NCBI RefSeq assembly: GCF_001545095.1
Contig: NZ_CP013213.1
Coordinates: 240,001 to 272,000, forward strand
Length of the DNA stretch: 32,000 nucleotides
Direction: 5' to 3'
DNA from: Erysipelothrix larvae
Lineage (GTDB): Bacteria; Bacillota_I; Bacilli_A; Erysipelotrichales; Erysipelotrichaceae
The position numbers and the translations under genes were made by a program. Of this stretch, positions 26,536 to 32,000 are shown piece by piece (within the stretch, counting starts at the first letter, position 1; every line of letters starts with the position of its first letter). The notes under the pieces were generated by a model. The model ran no database searches. It was not told the DNA's origin and was given only the letters and a program-made list of their open reading frames with translations.

Positions 26536-27693
26536 ATGAGATGTTTATTTGTTCATGATCATGAGTTTGTATTGAAAGAATCGAAAATCTATTCTTCAGG
26601 GGTATTATCAAATAATGTATTTGATCGTTATCTTCGGTGGTGTTCGACCTTGAAAATAATGGCTCGCTGTAAAATAGCAGAAGAAAACGGTGGCTTGCCT
26701 TTGGATGAATCAAGTCGTGTGAAGAATGTTTCGTTTGAACCATTACCAAACTTTTGGAGAATACAAACAATTGGCAGTGCAATTCGACGCATCAAGCAAT
26801 CTGTCAAAGGGAGTGATTCAATTATTGTTCAATTACCCAGTATCTACGGTATCATTGCTGCACACTATGCCATAAAATATAAAAAACCACTGATGGTAGA
26901 AGTTGTTGGTGATGCTCACGATGCATTTAGGTTTCATGGTAAAATCGGTAAGATACTTGCACCATACCTTTCATATTTTACACGTTGTGTTGTGAAAAAG
27001 GCTGATTATGTGCGATACGTAACACAAAAATATCTCCAAGAACGGTATCCTTCGATTGGGAAGACTGCAGGATATTCTGATGTGAATTTAGATAATATGA
27101 ATCAATCGGTTCTGACAAATCGTATTAAGAAAATAAATGAAAGCAACCTTTCACATCTTATATTAGGGACCATTGGACCTATAGATATTAAATACAAGGG
27201 ACAACACTATGTGATCAAAGCATTAGGACAACTAAAGCGACAAGGGTATGAGTTTGAATACTATCTTGTGGGGAAAGGGGATAATACCTATCTCAAAAAA
27301 ATTGCCACACAAGAAGGTGTCATTGATAAATTACATTTTTTGGGTGTTTTGAATCGCAAAGAAATTGTGAGATTTTTGAATAAAATTGATCTTTATATTC
27401 AACCAAGTCAAACTGAAGGACTGCCGCGAGCGCTTATAGAAGCAATGAATCAGGGGTGCCCAGTATTTGGTTCGAACGTCGGAGGGATTCCGGAATTAAT
27501 TGAGGGTGAAAACACATTTAATGTCGGAGATGTGAATCACATTTCAAGCATTTTAAGTTCACTTAAAAAGGCATCATTGACTTATATGGCATCAGAGAAT
27601 TTTATACACAGCAAACACTTTTATCCAGAAATTCTCAAGACTAAAGACGAGGCATTCTTTAAAGCCTTCTTTTTAGGAGAGAATTATGATTAA
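26536..27693 (+). CDS. GT4-family glycosyltransferase
   Basis: 385 aa with TEGLPRALIEAMNQGCPVFGSNVGGIPE. AAGGGGGGAG Shine-Dalgarno. Confidence 0.85.
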   Translation: MRCLFVHDHEFVLKESKIYSSGVLSNNVFDRYLRWCSTLKIMARCKIAEENGGLPLDESSRVKNVSFEPLPNFWRIQTIGSAIRRIKQSVKGSDSIIVQLPSIYGIIAAHYAIKYKKPLMVEVVGDAHDAFRFHGKIGKILAPYLSYFTRCVVKKADYVRYVTQKYLQERYPSIGKTAGYSDVNLDNMNQSVLTNRIKKINESNLSHLILGTIGPIDIKYKGQHYVIKALGQLKRQGYEFEYYLVGKGDNTYLKKIATQEGVIDKLHFLGVLNRKEIVRFLNKIDLYIQPSQTEGLPRALIEAMNQGCPVFGSNVGGIPELIEGENTFNVGDVNHISSILSSLKKASLTYMASENFIHSKHFYPEILKTKDEAFFKAFFLGENYD

Positions 27694-28786
27694 AGTACTT
27701 CATGTCGTATCAGATCTTGGAAGTGGTGGTGTTGAATCGCTTTTGTATACATACTATAAATACTTAAATCGAAAGCAGATTTGCTTCGATTTTATCGTTC
27801 ATGAGCCATCAACTGGGATGTTAGAAAAAGAATTAAAAGCATTGGGTTCTAAGATTTATCATGTGACGCCAAAGAAGAAATCACTGATCAAGAACTTCAC
27901 GGAAATACGGAATATTATTAACTATGGAAATTATGATGTCGTGCATAGTCATCTAAATCTTGCGAGTGTAGTACCACTTTATCTTGCAAAAAAAGCGCAG
28001 GTTGGTATAAGGATTAATCACTCTCATAGTGTTAATAGACAGCAGTCAATTCAAAAAACGATGATTTACGAGGTCCTTAAAAAACTAAATCATAATCTTG
28101 CGAGTCATTACTTTGCTGCATCTTGTGATGCAGGAACATGGTTGCATGGGATTGATTGGAAACCTACATCACAAAACCTTTTAGTGAGCAGTGTTATTGA
28201 TTTAAATCAGTTTATCTTTAGAAAAACTTGGCGAGATGAACTTAGACGTAATCTGAATCTTCGTAATAAGATCATCCTACTTCATGTAGGAAGGTTCTCT
28301 AGTGAAAAAAACCACCCGTTCTTAATCGATATCATAGAAAGGTTGGATGATCGATTTGCATTATTGCTTGTGGGAGATGGTGCCACAAGACCTTCGATTG
28401 AAGCGTTGGTAAAGCAAAAGAAGCTTGACAAACGTGTTCACTTTGTGGGAACGACACACAATGTTGGTCAATATATGAGTGCTTCTGATATATTCTTACT
28501 TCCGTCGATTCATGAGGGATTTGGAATCGTGCTTGTTGAAGCACAAGCAAGTGATCTTCCCATATTCGCTTCGAATACAATTCCAAGAGAAAGTGAAATC
28601 ACTGAACTCATAGAGTTTCTTCCAATTGATTCCGTAGATCATTGGGTGGATGGAATAATGAAGACGAACATTAAGCATAGAATATCAAGAAAAAAAGATT
28701 TGGAATCAGCCGGGTATACGCTTGAGGGCAAAGTAAAGGAGTTTGAAACATGGCTGAAACGCAATGTTCACAATAATCATGAATAA
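27686..28786 (+). CDS. GT4-family glycosyltransferase (EpsF-like)
   Basis: 366 aa with GSGGVES near the N-terminus and EGFGIVLVEAQASDLPIF. Overlaps the previous gene by 8 nt. Confidence 0.85.
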   Translation: MIKVLHVVSDLGSGGVESLLYTYYKYLNRKQICFDFIVHEPSTGMLEKELKALGSKIYHVTPKKKSLIKNFTEIRNIINYGNYDVVHSHLNLASVVPLYLAKKAQVGIRINHSHSVNRQQSIQKTMIYEVLKKLNHNLASHYFAASCDAGTWLHGIDWKPTSQNLLVSSVIDLNQFIFRKTWRDELRRNLNLRNKIILLHVGRFSSEKNHPFLIDIIERLDDRFALLLVGDGATRPSIEALVKQKKLDKRVHFVGTTHNVGQYMSASDIFLLPSIHEGFGIVLVEAQASDLPIFASNTIPRESEITELIEFLPIDSVDHWVDGIMKTNIKHRISRKKDLESAGYTLEGKVKEFETWLKRNVHNNHE

Positions 28787-28809
28787 TAGAGAGGAAATGA
28801 CTGCTTCTG

Positions 28810-29874
28810 ATGACTATATATGGAATTAATCTCATATTGATAGGAATCAATGCGTTTATCTTTCGGCTGATTACATTGAATCATCAGAGTGATACCAAAC
28901 GAAAAAAGATAAAAAAAGTGATGATTGGCTTGATTACCTTTCAATTAATACTTATATTAGCGATTAGGGATGACTTAATTGGGGTTGATGTTAAGGTATA
29001 CTTAGATTTTTTTGAATCAGCACGATCTACGACGTTATCTGTACTTCTTGAAAATCGATTTGAAAATGGGTACATCATATTGAATAAACTAATCAGTGTT
29101 CTCTTTCCTGATAATCAGATATTTCTGACAATAATAGCACTGATCTGTCTTATTCCAGTTGGGGTCTTTATCTACAGATATTCGCGATATCCAACTATGA
29201 GTTTTTTGTTATATATTGCATTTGAGTACTATTCATTTGTTTTCTCAGGACTTCGACAATCCATTGCATATGCGATTATACTTACAAGTTATACGTTTAT
29301 TCGACAACGGAAATTAGTGTCATTTCTTTTACTTATATTCTTTGCATCGTTATTTCATCGATCTGCTCTAATCTTCGTTTTTGCATACTTTATACACACA
29401 ATCCATCTTAAAAAAATAACGGTTATTGCACTGCTTGGACTAAACTTATTGCTTTTTATACTTCGAGTACCCTTATATACCTGGGTATCTCAGAGTTTCT
29501 ACAGTAGTTATGAGGTAGTAGAAAGTGCTGCGTATAATCGATTAATCTTTAGTACAGTTATTTTGATTGGTTGCTTCACACGCTATCGATATGCAATACA
29601 GTATAGTAAACATACAATTGGGCTCTATAATTATGTAATTCTTGGATGTTCGATGATGATGTTTGCGTCTGTAGGAACTAACGTGATGCGAATCGTAGAC
29701 TATTACTATATCTTCATTATTGTTTTGGTTCCTGAAGTGATTTATTCTCTTAAAGATTATAAAGTGAAGGTATTGATTAACTATGGTGTGATGATATTGA
29801 TGCTTTCCATCTATATCGTGTTCATGCAAGTCGATGGTTTTGAAATCGTTCCGTTTCGTTTTTTTTGGCCATAA
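28810..29874 (+). CDS. EpsG-family polysaccharide polymerase (Wzy-like)
   Basis: 354 aa, polytopic, with the EpsG-type GLRQSIAYAIIL ... FHRSALIF region. Confidence 0.75.
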   Translation: MTIYGINLILIGINAFIFRLITLNHQSDTKRKKIKKVMIGLITFQLILILAIRDDLIGVDVKVYLDFFESARSTTLSVLLENRFENGYIILNKLISVLFPDNQIFLTIIALICLIPVGVFIYRYSRYPTMSFLLYIAFEYYSFVFSGLRQSIAYAIILTSYTFIRQRKLVSFLLLIFFASLFHRSALIFVFAYFIHTIHLKKITVIALLGLNLLLFILRVPLYTWVSQSFYSSYEVVESAAYNRLIFSTVILIGCFTRYRYAIQYSKHTIGLYNYVILGCSMMMFASVGTNVMRIVDYYYIFIIVLVPEVIYSLKDYKVKVLINYGVMILMLSIYIVFMQVDGFEIVPFRFFWP

Positions 29875-29898
29875 AGCATTGTTGAATATCTCTGATCT

Positions 29899-29947
29899 AA
29901 CCTCTTCCTATTACACTGATACCAAAGTGTTGGGGGAGGTTTTTTTG
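29899..29947 (+). terminator. Rho-independent terminator closing capsule locus 1
   Basis: AACCTCTTCC pairs with GGGGGAGGTT across a ~23-nt loop and is followed by T7. Confidence 0.7.
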
Positions 29948-30351
29948 TAAAAGAAGAAGATAACTTATGTATTGAAGAATAAACGGGTTGAAAATAAATG
30001 TAGCCAATAATGTGATTTGAGATTAATGAAATTAATAACTAACAGCGAAAAAAGACATTTATAGCAAAATGGATTGGAATATAATACGATCAAATGATGA
30101 ATAGGATTCGTTAGAAAAAATGAATTTCGTTTGACATGAATGATTTCTATATCAAACCAAAGATTGATTGGGGAAGACGATATTAACTATAATTATCACA
30201 CATTTTCGCTTATTAAGTGTTTAATGGGTTATTATTTTTTAATTCAGAATTTAGATAAATAGTCGTTCTATATCAAATTGATTGACTTAACATTCAGTTT
30301 CATGCAGCAGATTTCTATTTTTTTGAGAGCGTGGTAAAAAAAATACAAATC

Positions 30352-30360
30352 TGCTAGAAT
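30352..30360 (+). promoter_or_regulatory. Extended -10 promoter of capsule locus 2
   Basis: TGCTAGAAT, within the same ATCTGCTAGAATTT block as locus 1. Confidence 0.6.
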
Positions 30361-30382
30361 TTAGAGGTAATCTTATAAGTTG

Positions 30383-30419
30383 ATGTGGCAATGGGTGGAA
30401 TTCCAAGGGGTAGTGCCAT
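30383..30419 (+). promoter_or_regulatory. Second copy of the conserved leader hairpin with GGGGTAGTG
   Basis: ATGTGGCAATGGGTGGAATTCCAAGGGGTAGTGCCAT, 23 nt downstream of the -10 element as in locus 1. Confidence 0.6.
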
Positions 30420-30496
30420 TTAATTCTTTTATTGTATCTTTAAGTTTTTTAAAGTGTTTTTACATATTATTGAGCGGATTATTTACTACTCTTACA

Positions 30497-30577
30497 GCGG
30501 GATTCTTAAAATTAGTCTATATGCGTGAATGTTCATTCACAAAGCATAACAGTCTACTTAAGAAATCTCGCTTTTTT
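30497..30577 (+). terminator. Leader-internal terminator-like structure, copy 2
   Basis: GCGGGATTCTT (30497-30507) pairs with AAGAAATCTCGC (30560-30571) with one bulge, followed by T6. The loop holds a nested TATGC/GCATA and GTGAAT/ATTCAC hairpin. Confidence 0.5.
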
Positions 30578-30696
30578 AGTTTTTTTATCGCGATGTATCT
30601 TAGGTATGCCTGTGAAGAACACTAATTATATTGTCCTTCATATCAAAGGTTTGAAAGAGAGTTGCCATAGTTTCATTATGGAAACGGGAGGTAAAT

Positions 30697-31422
30697 GTGG
30701 AACCTAAGAATAACATAAAAATGAATCAGGAAGAAGAAATAAGCATTGTTGATCTTTTGGGGGTAATCCGATCAAAACTTGTGCAAATTGCAATTGTGGG
30801 GGTTGCGTTTGCATTGTTTGCTTATATATTTTCTGTATTCTTTATTAATCCGGTATACGAAAGTAATGCGGTACTTATTGTAACCAACCGAAAAGATTCT
30901 GGAGGAAGTTCAATTACGAATGATGAAATTACATCTGCCAAGAATCTTGCATCAGTTTATAGCATTATCATCAAGAGTAATAACGTGATGGGAAATGTGG
31001 TGAATAATTTGTCGCTTGACATTACACCAGAGTCACTTGCAAAGAAAGTCACTGTTTCTGCAGTAGATAGTACACAAGTAATCCGTGTGTCTGTGCGTGA
31101 TACTGATAAAAAGGCAGCACTTCGCTATACTCAAGAAATAGTGAATGTCGCACCAGATATAATTGTAGAACTTGTAGGTGCTGGTTCAGTGGGAGTTGTA
31201 TCAACACCACAGTTGCCAACATCTCCGGTCTCACCTAATGTTCGTATGAATACATTAGTTGCTTTTGTATTGGGGCTAGCACTTAGTATCGGAATCGTTC
31301 TAATTAAGCACTTCTTAGATCGAACATATAAAATCCCTGAAAATGTTGAAGAAGAGTTGGGATTTCCAGTTATTGGTATTATTCCCAATTTTGAAGATGC
31401 AAGCCGAGGTATGAGAAAATGA
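30697..31422 (+). CDS. Wzz/CpsC/CapA-like modulator, paralogue of 20093-20815
   Basis: 241 aa with the same architecture and C-terminal VIGIIPNF tail. GTG start after GGGAGG. Confidence 0.9.
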   Translation: MEPKNNIKMNQEEEISIVDLLGVIRSKLVQIAIVGVAFALFAYIFSVFFINPVYESNAVLIVTNRKDSGGSSITNDEITSAKNLASVYSIIIKSNNVMGNVVNNLSLDITPESLAKKVTVSAVDSTQVIRVSVRDTDKKAALRYTQEIVNVAPDIIVELVGAGSVGVVSTPQLPTSPVSPNVRMNTLVAFVLGLALSIGIVLIKHFLDRTYKIPENVEEELGFPVIGIIPNFEDASRGMRK

Positions 31423-32000
31423 TCAGTTTTAAGAAAAGAAATAAGCAAGTCAAGAAGAATAAAACATACATTTTAAGTAACAAGTCTCCCTTTGCATATC
31501 TAGAAGGGTATAAGTCGTTAAGAACAAATTTAAGCTTTTTGACCTTTAGTGGTGAAGTGAAAACAATACTTGTGACAAGTTCTGTGCCGAATGAAGGGAA
31601 GAGTACCGTTTCAATAAATGTTGCACGTACATTATCGATGGCGGGTCATAAGGTACTGTTAATTGATGCGGATTTGAGAGCCCCTGTAATCCAAAAGTAC
31701 CTAAATGTAAACTATAAAATTACCAGTGGATTATCCTCGGTACTTGCGAGCAAAGCTCAAATTAAAGACGCAATTTATAAAAGTCCTAGTCTTGAAATGG
31801 ATGTCATCTTCTCAGGACCGATTCCACCAAATGCCGTGGAGTTACTTTCAAGGGATCGCGCAAAGACCTCGATTGAAACACTTCGAAAACGCTATGACTA
31901 TATCATCATAGACTCACCACCAGCTGGGGTAGTAACAGACTCGGTAGTATTGTCTCAACATGTTGATGGCGTTCTTTATGTGGTAAGACAAAATCATGCG
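31419..32000 (+). CDS. BY-kinase paralogue (partial; 3' end outside the window)
   Basis: Not in the ORF track because it has no stop in the window. My translation is MISFKKRNKQ...SSVPNEGKSTVSINVA (Walker A), LLIDADLR and IIIDSPP. ATGA overlap with the modulator gene. Confidence 0.88.
   Translation, partial: MISFKKRNKQVKKNKTYILSNKSPFAYLEGYKSLRTNLSFLTFSGEVKTILVTSSVPNEGKSTVSINVARTLSMAGHKVLLIDADLRAPVIQKYLNVNYKITSGLSSVLASKAQIKDAIYKSPSLEMDVIFSGPIPPNAVELLSRDRAKTSIETLRKRYDYIIIDSPPAGVVTDSVVLSQHVDGVLYVVRQNHA

Larger units (their letters stand above)
30348..32000 (+). repeat. Copy 2 of the paralogous module: leader + modulator + BY-kinase (runs off the window)
   Basis: Collinear with 19761-21540. Confidence 0.85.

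Noticed and set aside
25275-26782. Minus-strand ORFs 25275-25685, 26119-26316 and 26483-26782
   Set aside because: They are antisense shadows of the GT4 genes in AT-rich DNA.
30380-30707. ORF-track proteins of 81 aa and 60 aa inside cps leader 2
   Set aside because: The homologous leader 1 has no equivalent ORFs. The sequences are low-complexity and hydrophobic with no Shine-Dalgarno, and the conserved blocks are not kept in frame.
31049-31448. Minus-strand ORFs 31049-31234 and 31131-31448
   Set aside because: They are antisense to the second modulator gene.
1-32000. CRISPR arrays, tRNA, rRNA, tmRNA and known riboswitches
   Set aside because: I found no regularly spaced direct repeats, no cloverleaf with a T-loop GGTTCGAATCC-type arm, and no riboswitch core that I recognise.

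Overview
This is a low-GC, Bacillota-like chromosomal window. I could not identify the species from the sequence, and no database searches were run. It falls into three blocks.

(1) 0.3-11 kb is an accessory region in visible decay. It starts with a minus-strand bacteriocin-type operon: a Sec-signal, Tyr-rich small protein with an in-frame TAG, two FtsX-like permeases (one frameshifted), one intact ABC ATPase and one ATPase stub lacking Walker A. Mobile-element debris follows: an IS21 IstB with frameshifts and a stop, a TnpB-like Zn-ribbon tail, and a stop-riddled ORF. The block ends with an ECF sigma gene inactivated by three in-frame stops and a frameshift, next to an intact anti-sigma-like gene.

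(2) 11.4-19.5 kb holds ordinary genes: a metallophosphoesterase, a transporter-GGT operon, AIM24, an XRE regulator coupled to a membrane protein with operator-like inverted repeats, CsbD, a lipoprotein with an in-frame TAG, and a CPBP protease.

(3) 19.7-32 kb holds two tandem capsule/EPS loci. Locus 1 encodes a Wzz-like modulator, a BY-kinase, an eroded PHP-phosphatase remnant, a CapD-like dehydratase, an initiating sugar transferase, a CapN-like reductase, three GT4 transferases and an EpsG/Wzy polymerase, and it ends in a terminator. Locus 2 starts with a paralogous modulator/kinase pair and runs off the window.

The most interesting signal is that both loci sit behind homologous leaders of about 330 nt. 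Each has an extended -10 promoter, a conserved hairpin carrying an ops-like GGGGTAGTG, an internal terminator-like stem with compensatory changes, and a hairpin just before the Shine-Dalgarno. This is a candidate antitermination-type control element. No cognate factor is encoded in the window.
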